From NCBI GenBank assembly GCA_965248695.1, contig CBDFKD010000002.1, positions 1,056,001-1,120,000 on the forward strand: a DNA stretch of 64,000 nucleotides, given 5' to 3'. Below are positions 54,046 to 63,382 of this stretch, in pieces. The number at the start of each line of letters is the position of its first letter. The stretch's first letter is position 1. A program made the translations under genes and the position numbers. Origin of the DNA: Acidobacteriota bacterium. Lineage in GTDB: Bacteria > Acidobacteriota > UBA890 > WLXD01. The notes under the pieces were generated by a model, which saw nothing but the letters and a program-made list of their open reading frames with translations, was not told the DNA's origin and made no database searches.

Positions 54046-55824
54046 TCAGGGCCAGACGACCCGCCGCACCTGGCTGCGCTCTTTTGCCAAGACCGGAGTG
54101 TGACCCGGCCAGGCGAGCGCCGACACGAAGATATAAACGACCTCGCCGGACTTGGGAGTCCAGCTATTGAGCGGCGAGAACTTGATGTGCGTCTTCATCA
54201 CCGAGGCGATCGTCGAGGACGGTGGCTTGGTGCCCATTCCCTTACATGTACCACCTGGCACGAACCATTCGAAGATCCCGGCGTACCAGGTGCCGTTCAC
54301 GTTGGCGATGACCCACGGATTGCCCTCGACAGAGACCCCGCCGCCGGGCTCGATCGCCACCGGCCACTTGCCCGCCTTGGTATGCGGCATGCAGATCTGA
54401 CCGGGCGAGATCGATACGCCGGTGAGCGTGGAAGTGATCTGCCATGCGCTGATGTTGTGGTTCAGGAACACGACCTGCGACAGATCGAGCTCGTCCTGGG
54501 AGTTGCCGCCGCCACCACCACCATCGCCACCACCGTCTCCGCCATCGCCGCCACCACCGGTATCCTCGGGAGCGATCACTACCTTGATCGCGGCCGACGC
54601 GGTGCGGCCGTCCCCGTCCTCGAAGTCGATCCGTGCGGTGTAAGCTCCTTCGCTGGCATAGGTATGTGATGCGCTGGCAGCGCCGGAAGTCACCGCTCCG
54701 GTATCCGAGGTGCCATCGCCATAGCTCAGCTTTGCGGTGCCGTTTGGTGCGGCGCCGTTGCTGAGCCTGGCCGCGACCGTGAACACGGTCGGTTCGCCGA
54801 ACAGGCCAACATCCGCGGTCAGATCGATCTCCGCGGTCAGTCGAGGATCGACGCGGATGCGCACGTCGGCGCGCCCGCCCTTGCCGTTCGCCGCGGTGAC
54901 CGATGCAACGACGCGATAACTGCCCGGATCACGGAACGTGTGCTCTACTGACGTTGACCCGCTGACCTCGCCGAGGTTCGTGCTGCGGCCGTCACCCCAG
55001 TCGATCGTCACGCTGCCGCTGGCTCGGGCCAGGCGCGCTCGATCCAGCCCGATGTTGAAGTTCAACGGCTCGCGGGCGTACGTTTCGGCGGTCGCGGCGG
55101 ACAGAGCAATCGTCGTCTCGGTCGTGTCGTTGACCCGCAACGACGCCGTATTGCTGCTGACCTCGCCGCCGCCCGTGAACAGCGACGTCACCACGTTGAA
55201 GAAAGAAGCCTCTCGATAGGTGTGCTCGACGGTCGTTCGTCGCCTGAAGTCCGGGATGCGAGTCGACTTGCCATCGCCGAATTCGATCTTGAGCGCACCC
55301 TGCGCTGCACTGCCGTCTTCGTTGGTGGCGGTAACCTTGATCTGTACCGGTCGGTTGAGCTCGGCGGGCTTGGGGGTGAACTCGACCTCGAACTTCACCT
55401 TGCCGGTCGGCACGACCTCGTCGCCGACTTCCAGGCGCCCAGCGCTCGACTCGGTCAGTACGATGCCGCCCGCTTTGATGGCGGCCGTGACTTCGGCAGT
55501 GGTGCTGGTACGGAGCGTTACCCGGGCCTTGCCGTTGTCGTCGGTCCTTGCCGTGTCGCCGTCGGGAAACTCACCGGCGGTGGACGCGAACGACACGAGA
55601 ACCCCGATCTCGGGGGCGTCGGCCACCAGGACGGTTGCTTCGATCTCGACGTCACCACCGCCGTCGGGCAGCGAAACGGGGCTCATGGACAAGGTGATCG
55701 TACGCAATAGGGCATCGGTCGCCGGCGCGGTGAGGTTCTCGATGATCTGGCAGCCAGACATTGCCGTCGCCAGCGCGCCGAGCAGGACCAACGGTCGGAT
55801 TTGATTCGGAGAGCCCACAGCCAC
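54046..55824 (-). CDS. Ig-like/PKD-domain lipoprotein with uncharacterised C-terminal domain
   Basis: Lipobox-like AMSG-C, invasin-like TDDNGKARVTL, three FGDG/WGDG/YGDG PKD repeats, poly-Gly linker, Trp-rich C-terminal domain. Confidence 0.8.
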   Translation of the reverse strand: MAVGSPNQIRPLVLLGALATAMSGCQIIENLTAPATDALLRTITLSMSPVSLPDGGGDVEIEATVLVADAPEIGVLVSFASTAGEFPDGDTARTDDNGKARVTLRTSTTAEVTAAIKAGGIVLTESSAGRLEVGDEVVPTGKVKFEVEFTPKPAELNRPVQIKVTATNEDGSAAQGALKIEFGDGKSTRIPDFRRRTTVEHTYREASFFNVVTSLFTGGGEVSSNTASLRVNDTTETTIALSAATAETYAREPLNFNIGLDRARLARASGSVTIDWGDGRSTNLGEVSGSTSVEHTFRDPGSYRVVASVTAANGKGGRADVRIRVDPRLTAEIDLTADVGLFGEPTVFTVAARLSNGAAPNGTAKLSYGDGTSDTGAVTSGAASASHTYASEGAYTARIDFEDGDGRTASAAIKVVIAPEDTGGGGDGGDGGGDGGGGGGNSQDELDLSQVVFLNHNISAWQITSTLTGVSISPGQICMPHTKAGKWPVAIEPGGGVSVEGNPWVIANVNGTWYAGIFEWFVPGGTCKGMGTKPPSSTIASVMKTHIKFSPLNSWTPKSGEVVYIFVSALAWPGHTPVLAKERSQVRRVVWP

Positions 55825-55921
55825 GATCCCCCAGCCGCCCGATCATAACGAAAATAGTTTGAAACAGCCCCAACGCCTTATCAATCATAACAAACCATTA
55901 TTAGTCATCGTCAAGTATCTA

Positions 55922-55941
55922 TTGATATCTTGAGATATCAA
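55922..55941. promoter_or_regulatory. Inverted-repeat operator (perfect 9-bp arms) in an AT-rich divergent promoter
   Basis: TTGATATCT-TG-AGATATCAA; a TGTTATGAT extended -10 lies nearby on the minus strand. Confidence 0.6.
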
Positions 55942-56106
55942 CACCGGTCACCAGTGTCCGACAGTGTCCATTCGGGCCCACCCGACGCGAGAAGCCGACC
56001 GGGGAAGCCGGCGCGGGCGCCCGGCTGGTAGGATTCTTGCTCCCACCCAACACCCACGGCTGGTCGAGCCCGACGCGCTGTCGACCACGATTCCGCTGGC
56101 TTGCTG

Positions 56107-57210
56107 ATGTCTGCACGAAGGCTCTTGGTCACCGGCGGCGCCGGGTTTATCGGCGCCAATTTCGTGCACCGCTGGTGTGCCCGCCATCCTGGCGATCGCG
56201 TCGTGGTAGTGGACGCTCTCACCTACGCCGGCAATCGTGCCACGCTGAGCTTGCTCGGCGACAACCCCTGCTTCCGCTTTGTCCAGGCCGACATCACCGA
56301 GCTGGAGCCGATACGGGAGATCCTGCACGACGAATCGATCGACACGCTGGTGCACTTCGCCGCCGAATCGCATGTGGATCGATCGATCGAGGGGCCGGGG
56401 GAGTTCGTCCGCACCAACGTCGTCGGCAGTTGGAGCCTCCTGGAGGCGGCGCGGATCGAGTGGGTCGAGGCGAGTCCCCGCGAGCATCGCTTCCACCACG
56501 TGTCCACCGACGAGGTGTACGGCAGCCTCGATAGCGACGACTCCGCTTTCACGGAGACCACTCGCTACGAGCCCAACTCGCCCTACGCAGCCAGCAAGGC
56601 CGCATCCGACCACCTGGTGCGAGCCTACCAGCACACCTACGGCTTGCAGGTCACCACCAGCAACTGTTCCAACAACTACGGGCCCTACCAGTTTCCCGAG
56701 AAGCTCATTCCGTTGATGATCGTCAACCTGCTGGCCGGCAAGGAGCTGCCGGTCTATGGGGATGGTCTGAACGTTCGCGACTGGCTGCACGTGGACGATC
56801 ACTGCGCCGGCATCGAACGCATCCTCGAGCGCGGTCGGGTGGGTGAGACCTACAACATCGGCGGCGATAACGAGTGGCGCAATATCGACCTGGTGCGCCT
56901 CTTGTGCCGGCTGGTCGACGAGCAGTTCGCAGCGGATTCTGGGCTGGCGCGGCAGTTCCCCGACTGCGTCGCCGGCGCCGGTGGCAGCTGCGCGGATCTG
57001 ATCCGTTTCGTTCGTGACCGCCCCGGGCACGATCGGCGCTACGCGATCGACGGCTCCAAGCTGGAGCGTGAGCTAGCGTTCAGCGCTTCCACGCCATTCG
57101 AGGACGGGCTCCGAGCCACGCTCCGCTGGTATCTCGACAACCAGGACTGGTGGGGCGCGATCCTCGACGGTAGCTACCGCGAGTGGGTCGCCAAGCAATA
57201 CCAGGAATGA
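56107..57210 (+). CDS. rfbB: dTDP-glucose 4,6-dehydratase
   Basis: TGGAGFIG, DALTYAGN, HFAAESHVDRSI, STDEVYG, YAASK, DRPGHDRRY. Confidence 0.97.
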   Translation: MSARRLLVTGGAGFIGANFVHRWCARHPGDRVVVVDALTYAGNRATLSLLGDNPCFRFVQADITELEPIREILHDESIDTLVHFAAESHVDRSIEGPGEFVRTNVVGSWSLLEAARIEWVEASPREHRFHHVSTDEVYGSLDSDDSAFTETTRYEPNSPYAASKAASDHLVRAYQHTYGLQVTTSNCSNNYGPYQFPEKLIPLMIVNLLAGKELPVYGDGLNVRDWLHVDDHCAGIERILERGRVGETYNIGGDNEWRNIDLVRLLCRLVDEQFAADSGLARQFPDCVAGAGGSCADLIRFVRDRPGHDRRYAIDGSKLERELAFSASTPFEDGLRATLRWYLDNQDWWGAILDGSYREWVAKQYQE

Positions 57211-58949
57211 AGCGCACTCCGAGCGAGTTGCAGGGGCGTCACTACGACGTGCTGATCGTCGGTGGCGGCATCACCGGTGCCTGCCTTGCCTTCGACGCCG
57301 CCTTGCGCGGACTGACGGTGGCGCTGATCGACAAGGGCGACTTCGGTGCCGCAACCTCGGCAGCTTCGTCCAAGTTGCTACACGGTGGCCTGCGTTACCT
57401 TCAGCAGCTGCGGTTCGACAAGGTTCGGGAATCGGCGCTCGAGCGCATCTATTTTCAGAATCTCGCGCCGCACCTGACACACTACGTTCCATTCGTTGTG
57501 CCGACCTATCGAAGCCTGTCCAAAAGCAAGACGCTCTTGAATGCCGGGATGCTCCTGTACTCCACGCTTTGTGCCGGCCAGCATCGTCTGCTGCGCGATC
57601 CTGCCAAGCGCGTGCCGGCGGGTCGAGGTCTCGGACGCGAACAGGTGCGAGCGCGGATTCCCGGGCTCGCCGACGCTGGACTGACCGGCGGCCGGCTCTT
57701 CTACGAGAGCCACATGCGTAGCTCCGAGCGCATGACGCTCTCGTTCATCGACAGCGCCACGCGTGCCGGCGCGGTGGTGGTCAACTACATCAAGGCAGAG
57801 CGCTTTCTGGTGGACGGCGATCGCGTGCTGGGTGTCGAGGCAACGGATTGCCTTGCCGCCGGGGCCGGCGCCGACGCGTCGACCGATCAACCGATTGGTG
57901 GCGACGCTGTCGGGACGTTCGAGATTCGTGCCAGCATTGTCGTCAACGTTGCCGGCCCGTGGATCCGTCGACTGAACGCGCAGCTCCAGACCCGCACCGT
58001 GGCCCCGGTTCTTACCGGAATCTCGAAGGGCAGCCACATCGTCACCCGAGCGCTGACCGATGGCTGTGCCGTTGCGCTGCCGACATGCCGACCGAGTCAG
58101 GCGGTAGTCGACCGTGGTGGGCGTCACGTGTTCATCATTCCCTGGCGCGGCCACTCGCTCATTGGCACCACGTACGGGCCGTATCACGGCGACCTGGATG
58201 ATCTGCGGCCGACGATCGCCGACGCCGAAGAGCTCATCGAGGAGATCAACTCGGCATTGGGGCCGGGGACGCTATCGACGGCCGACGTTCTGTATGCTTT
58301 TGCCGGCCTGTATCCGCTAATCGACGACGACATCCGACCGGCCGTCTACCAGGGCACCGGCGAGTACCGCGTCGTCGACCATGAGGCGAGGGATGGCGTC
58401 GCCGGGTTGTTCTCGGTTTTCGGTGCCAAGTACACCACCGCTCGACTGCTCGCCGAGCGCGCTCTCGACCGTATCGCTGGCCGCCTCGGCAAGGGGGCCG
58501 AGTCCGGGCTCACGCGCAAGGCAAGCCTGGCGTCCGGCGATATTCCGGACCTGGAACAGTTTCGCGCCCAACAACACGAGCGCTATGCGGCGCTCCCGAC
58601 CGTCACCATCGATCACCTGGTCAACCACTATGGCACCGCCTGTGGAGCACTGGTCGAGCTGGCCGAATCGGCAGCCGGGCTTGCTGATGAGCTCGCTCCG
58701 GGTCGTGGCGTCATCGCGGCGGAGGCGATATGGGCGGCGCGCTCGGAGATGGCGTGCCGCCTCGACGACTTCGTCTTCCGGCGCTCCGGCCTCGGTACGC
58801 TCGGTCATCCGGGCAACGCCGCCCTGGAGCGCGCCGCGAGCCTGATGGGTGCCGAGCTGGGTTGGGATCCGACGCGCCGTGCCATGGAGGTCGAACGGGT
58901 CGTGCGGCAGTTCCCCGACGATCTGGGCTGCGAGAGCCCGCCGCGATGA
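57207..58949 (+). CDS. Glycerol-3-phosphate dehydrogenase/oxidase family FAD oxidoreductase (GlpD-like)
   Basis: IVGGGITG, DFGAATSAASSKLLHGGLRYL, KGSHIV, IGTT, KYTTAR; ATGA-coupled on both sides. Confidence 0.88.
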   Translation: MKRTPSELQGRHYDVLIVGGGITGACLAFDAALRGLTVALIDKGDFGAATSAASSKLLHGGLRYLQQLRFDKVRESALERIYFQNLAPHLTHYVPFVVPTYRSLSKSKTLLNAGMLLYSTLCAGQHRLLRDPAKRVPAGRGLGREQVRARIPGLADAGLTGGRLFYESHMRSSERMTLSFIDSATRAGAVVVNYIKAERFLVDGDRVLGVEATDCLAAGAGADASTDQPIGGDAVGTFEIRASIVVNVAGPWIRRLNAQLQTRTVAPVLTGISKGSHIVTRALTDGCAVALPTCRPSQAVVDRGGRHVFIIPWRGHSLIGTTYGPYHGDLDDLRPTIADAEELIEEINSALGPGTLSTADVLYAFAGLYPLIDDDIRPAVYQGTGEYRVVDHEARDGVAGLFSVFGAKYTTARLLAERALDRIAGRLGKGAESGLTRKASLASGDIPDLEQFRAQQHERYAALPTVTIDHLVNHYGTACGALVELAESAAGLADELAPGRGVIAAEAIWAARSEMACRLDDFVFRRSGLGTLGHPGNAALERAASLMGAELGWDPTRRAMEVERVVRQFPDDLGCESPPR

Positions 58950-60145
58950 GCGCCGGAGACGTGCAGGCGCCCAGCGAACCGACGCGCGTGCTCCACATCG
59001 GTCCGACGCCGTTCTTTTCCGATCGCGGCTGCCACATCCGTATCCGAGGACTGATCGGCGCGCTGCAGCGGAGCGGCGTCGAGTGCTGGTTGTGCACCTA
59101 TCAGCACGGTCGCGAGGTGGACGGAGTCGAGACCGAGCGCATCCGTCGCATTCCCGGTTACGATCGCATCGACGCGGGTCCCTCGCCGTTCAAATACGTC
59201 GCCGATGTGCTGTTGTTCTTCAAGGTGTGTGGTTCCATCGCGCGCCGGCGTCCGGACGTGCTGCACGGGCATCTGCACGAGGGGGCGCTGATCGGATGGG
59301 CGGCGCGAGCGGTCTTCTTCTGGCGCCGTCCGCAGCTGGTGTTCGACATGCAGGGTAGCCTGAGCGGCGAGCTCGAAGCGCACGGGTACTTCCGTCGCCT
59401 ACCGCTCCTGCGTTGGTTGTTCGAGCGCGTCGAGTGGCTCATCGATCGGCTTCCGGCGCACATCGCCTGCTCCTCGTCGAGCAGTCTGGAGATCGCGCGC
59501 GACCGCTTTGGCGTCGCTGCCGCGCGGCTGCACCTGGTCGCCGACGGCGCCGACACGGTGGTTGCACCGAAAGCGCAGACGGATCGGCTGCGCCACGAGC
59601 TCGGGTTGCCTGCCGGCCTGCCGGTGGTTGTATACACCGGGTCGCTCCTCGCGGTGAAAGGTGTGGACACGCTGCACGCGACGATCCGGCGAACGGCAGA
59701 GCGTGATCTGTCGGCTCACTTTCTCCTCGTCGGCTATCCGACCGACGAAACGGCGGAGTTCCTGCGATCCGAGGAGCTCGAATCCCGTTGCACGCTTGCC
59801 GGGCGGGTACCGTTCGAGCGCATCGGCGAGTATCTGGCGCTCGCCGACGCGGCGCTGGAGCCGAAGGACACCGACAGCGGTGAGGCCAGCGGCAAGCTGC
59901 TCAACTACATGGCCGCGGGGCTGCCGGTAGCGTGCTTTGACACGCCGAACAACCGGGACATGCTGGCAGATAGTGGCTGCTATGCTTCCTCGGGTTCGGT
60001 CGATCAGCTGGTCGACTGCATCGAAACGCTGACCACGTCGTCCGATGTCGCCAGCGAGCTAGGCGAGCGCGGCCGGGCGCGGGCGCGAGCCGATTTCTCC
60101 TGGGACGCCTCCGCTGCAGTCCTGCGGCGCATCTACGGCGCCTGA
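58946..60145 (+). CDS. Glycosyltransferase family 4
   Basis: PFFSDRGCHIR, YTGSLLAVKG, KLLNYMAAGLPV, FSW. Confidence 0.9.
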   Translation: MSAGDVQAPSEPTRVLHIGPTPFFSDRGCHIRIRGLIGALQRSGVECWLCTYQHGREVDGVETERIRRIPGYDRIDAGPSPFKYVADVLLFFKVCGSIARRRPDVLHGHLHEGALIGWAARAVFFWRRPQLVFDMQGSLSGELEAHGYFRRLPLLRWLFERVEWLIDRLPAHIACSSSSSLEIARDRFGVAAARLHLVADGADTVVAPKAQTDRLRHELGLPAGLPVVVYTGSLLAVKGVDTLHATIRRTAERDLSAHFLLVGYPTDETAEFLRSEELESRCTLAGRVPFERIGEYLALADAALEPKDTDSGEASGKLLNYMAAGLPVACFDTPNNRDMLADSGCYASSGSVDQLVDCIETLTTSSDVASELGERGRARARADFSWDASAAVLRRIYGA

Positions 60146-60166
60146 CGCAGCCATAGCCGATCTGAT

Positions 60167-60242
60167 GACGATGAACATCTTGCCCACCGGCGGCACCGGC
60201 TTCAGACGATGAGAATCCTGGTCACCGGGGGCACCGGTTTCA
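60167..60242 (+). repeat. Imperfect 38-bp tandem duplication of the SDR gene start (mini-ORF MNILPTGGTGFRR*, 60171-60212)
   Basis: GACGATGAACATCTTGCCCACCGGCGGCACCGGCTTCA vs GACGATGAGAATCCTGGTCACCGGGGGCACCGGTTTCA. Confidence 0.75.
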
Positions 60243-61192
60243 CCGGCAAGGCACTCGTCAAGCGGCTGCTCGAAGATGGGCATCAGCTGGTGGCGCTGGA
60301 CTACAAGGAAGGCGTCAAGACGCAGGAGCTGCGTGACTGGGGTGCCGAGGTGGTGATCGGCAGCGTCACCGACCCCGAGGTCGTGGAGCGCTGCACGGAG
60401 GGCGTCGACGTCGTCCACCATCTGGCGGCGGCCTTCCGCGAGCTCGACGTGCCGAACAGCTACTACGACGAGGTCAACGTCGGCGGCACGCGCACTGTGC
60501 TGGAGGCGTCCTTACGACACGGCGTCAAGAAGCTCATCTACTGCAGCACCTGTGGCGTGCACGGCAACGTCGAACGGCCGCCGGCCGACGAGGGAGCGCC
60601 GATCAACGCCGCCGACTACTACCAGCAGACCAAGTACGACGCCGAGCCGGTGGTGCTCGAGTACCCGGCGCGCGGCCTACCCACCGTCATACTGCGCCCG
60701 GCGGCGATCTATGGTCCCGGCGATCCGGAGCGCTTCTTCATGATCTTCCGTCGGGTCGGCAACGGCTCGTTTCCGATGTTCGGAGGCGGCCGTACTCTCT
60801 ACCACCCGTTGTACATCGACAGCCTCGTCGATGCCCTGGTGCTGGCGCAGGAACCGGGCAGAGGGGACGGGCAAGCCTACCTGATCGCCGACGCCGAGTA
60901 CGTGTCGATCGAGGAGCTGGTACGGGCGGTCGGCCGCGCCATGGACGTCGACGTACGGATCCGCCACTTCCCGGTATGGCCTCTGGTGGTCGCCGGGCAT
61001 GTCTGCGAAAAGGTCTGCAAGCCGTTTCGCATTGCGCCGCCGATCTTCCCGAGGCGCGTTGACTGGTATCGCCAGAACCGTGCTTTCGATATTTCCAAGG
61101 CGCGTCGCGATCTCGGCTACGCTCCGAGTGTAGGACTCGATGAGGGCCTGCGGCGGACCGCGGACTGGTATCGCGGCGAGGGATACCTCTAG
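60209..61192 (+). CDS. NAD-dependent epimerase/dehydratase (extended SDR)
   Basis: TGGTGFTG, HLAA, YQQTK, RPAAIYGPGD. Confidence 0.92.
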   Translation: MRILVTGGTGFTGKALVKRLLEDGHQLVALDYKEGVKTQELRDWGAEVVIGSVTDPEVVERCTEGVDVVHHLAAAFRELDVPNSYYDEVNVGGTRTVLEASLRHGVKKLIYCSTCGVHGNVERPPADEGAPINAADYYQQTKYDAEPVVLEYPARGLPTVILRPAAIYGPGDPERFFMIFRRVGNGSFPMFGGGRTLYHPLYIDSLVDALVLAQEPGRGDGQAYLIADAEYVSIEELVRAVGRAMDVDVRIRHFPVWPLVVAGHVCEKVCKPFRIAPPIFPRRVDWYRQNRAFDISKARRDLGYAPSVGLDEGLRRTADWYRGEGYL

Positions 61193-61271
61193 TCGAAGCC
61201 TCTGTTACAGGACCGAGTCGGGGACGAGCACCGGCGTCACCCCGGCGACCCCCAATGCGAGCGAATACGCC

Positions 61272-63221
61272 ATGTGTGGCATTACTGGCATCCTGACCCG
61301 CGACCACCACGACGTGGTCGGGCCGATGACAGAAGCGCTGTCGCATCGCGGCCCCGACGGCGACGGTTTCTTCCGCGATGCATCGGTGGCGCTCGGGCAT
61401 CGGCGCCTGAGCATCATCGACGTTGCCGGCGGCGCCCAGCCGCTCGCCAACGAGGATGACACCATCCAGATGGTGTCCAACGGCGAGATCTATAACTCGC
61501 CCACGCTTCGCACCGAGCTCGAGGCCGCGGGCCATGTCTTCCGCACCCATACCGACGTCGAGACCATCCTCCACCTGTATGAGGACCACGGTCCCGATTG
61601 CGTCAAGTATCTTCGCGGCCAGTTCGCCTTCGCCATCTGGGACAGCAGGCGCCGCCGACTGATGCTGGCGCGCGATCACATGGGTCAGAAGCCGTTGTTC
61701 TTCGCCCACGTCGGCGATCAGCTGCTGTTCGCCAGCGAGATCAAGGCGTTGCTGGCCTCGGGGTTGGTCGATCGGCGTGCCGACCTGAACGCGTTATGGC
61801 ACTACACGTCGTTGCGTTTCATCCCCGATCGCTACTCGCTGTTCGAGGGGATCGAGAAGCTGCCGGCGGCGTCGCGGTTGATCTGGCAGGACGGCAAGGT
61901 CGAGATCGACCGGTACTGGAGCTTCGACTTCGACGACAAGCTCGACGCCAGCGAGACAGAGGTAGCCGATCGTCTCGAGGAGCTGCTGCTTGAGACGGTC
62001 GAGATGCACATGCTCAGCGACGTGCCGGTGGGCGCGTTCCTGAGCGGTGGCATCGACTCCAGCCTGATCACCGCGATGATGTCGAAGGTGTCCGGCAGAT
62101 CGATCCCGACCTTCTCGATCGGTGTCGAGGAGCAGGACTACAACGAGCTGCCGTTTGCGCGCATGGTGAACGAGCGCTACGGCGCGGTGGCCAACGAGCG
62201 CATCGTCAGGGCCGATCTGATCCACCTGATGCCGAAGATGGTCTACCACCTGGACGAGCCGTCGGACCCGTTCGGCGTCGGCGTGTATCTCGTTTCCCAA
62301 GTTGCCGCCGAGCAGGTGAAGGTGGTGCTTTCAGGCGATGGCGGCGACGAGAACTTCGCCGGCTACGACCGCTTCGCCGGCCAGCGCCTCGTGGACCTGT
62401 ACTGCCTGCTACCCGCCTTCCTGCGCCGTCAGGTCATGCGAAGGATCTTCAATCTGGTTCCCGAGTCGTTCGGCTACAAGAGCCTGGCGCAGAAGCTCAC
62501 CTGGGTAAACGAGATGTCGTTCTACGACAGCGGCGCCCGCTACGCGCATGCGATGAGCTTTCTGCGCTTCACGCCCGACGCCAAGCGGCAGCTATTCACC
62601 GCCGACGCAAGGGCTCGGATCGACGATCACGACTCGGTGGCGAAGATCCTGCGCTGGTTCGACGCTGAAGGCGTCGACGATCTCGTCGATCGCATGCTCT
62701 ACACCGATCTCAACACGCGCATGCCCGACCACCTGTTGCCGATCGTCGACCGCATGTCGATGGCCCACTCGCTCGAGTCACGGCCGCCGTTGATCGACTA
62801 TCGGGTGGTCGAGTTCGCTGCCTCGATCCCCGGCGCCATGAAGCTCAAGGGTCGCGATCTCAAGCACATCCTCAAGGTAGTGGCGGCGCGCTACCTGCCG
62901 CGCGAGCTCATCGAGCGCGAGAAGCAAGGTTTCGGTTTTCCGCTCGGACGCTGGATGCGCACCGACCTGCAGCCGTTCATCCGCAACCTGTTCGCCGAAT
63001 CGAGGTTCGTCGATAACGGCATCTTCGAGCCACAGACCGTGCAGCGGATTATCGACGAGCATATGGCCGGCAGCGTGAACCACGACTACCGGCTGTGGAT
63101 CCTGATCAACCTCGAGTTCTGGCACCGGCTCTACTTCGAGAACGAGAGCGTCGACTCGCTGCTCGAGCTCACCGATCGCCTGTCGGGTGCCTCCCGGGAA
63201 TCGGCAAGAGCGACGGCCTAG
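61272..63221 (+). CDS. asnB: Asparagine synthase (glutamine-hydrolysing)-family amidotransferase, EPS-associated
   Basis: MCGI, HRGPD, HRRLSIID, NGEIYN, FLSGGIDSS, SGDGGDE, DRMSMAHSLESR, KQGF. Confidence 0.92.
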   Translation: MCGITGILTRDHHDVVGPMTEALSHRGPDGDGFFRDASVALGHRRLSIIDVAGGAQPLANEDDTIQMVSNGEIYNSPTLRTELEAAGHVFRTHTDVETILHLYEDHGPDCVKYLRGQFAFAIWDSRRRRLMLARDHMGQKPLFFAHVGDQLLFASEIKALLASGLVDRRADLNALWHYTSLRFIPDRYSLFEGIEKLPAASRLIWQDGKVEIDRYWSFDFDDKLDASETEVADRLEELLLETVEMHMLSDVPVGAFLSGGIDSSLITAMMSKVSGRSIPTFSIGVEEQDYNELPFARMVNERYGAVANERIVRADLIHLMPKMVYHLDEPSDPFGVGVYLVSQVAAEQVKVVLSGDGGDENFAGYDRFAGQRLVDLYCLLPAFLRRQVMRRIFNLVPESFGYKSLAQKLTWVNEMSFYDSGARYAHAMSFLRFTPDAKRQLFTADARARIDDHDSVAKILRWFDAEGVDDLVDRMLYTDLNTRMPDHLLPIVDRMSMAHSLESRPPLIDYRVVEFAASIPGAMKLKGRDLKHILKVVAARYLPRELIEREKQGFGFPLGRWMRTDLQPFIRNLFAESRFVDNGIFEPQTVQRIIDEHMAGSVNHDYRLWILINLEFWHRLYFENESVDSLLELTDRLSGASRESARATA

Positions 63222-63382
63222 CCGCGCGAGCTGTTGGGCCCGCACCGGGGGCAACGAGGCGGGAGACCAACTGCCAGACGGCGAGACTAGCAGGAGCGAG
63301 CTCCGCTGTTGGCGGAGCCAGCTGCACAGCGGTTGCCCCGACGCGTGACCAACGGCGACGGCTTCCGCTAGGGTTAGACGCT

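Noticed and set aside
56020-56035. ops/JUMPstart-like GGCTGGTAG upstream of rfbB
   Set aside because: Only a partial match to GGCGGTAG, and the flanking JUMPstart consensus is absent
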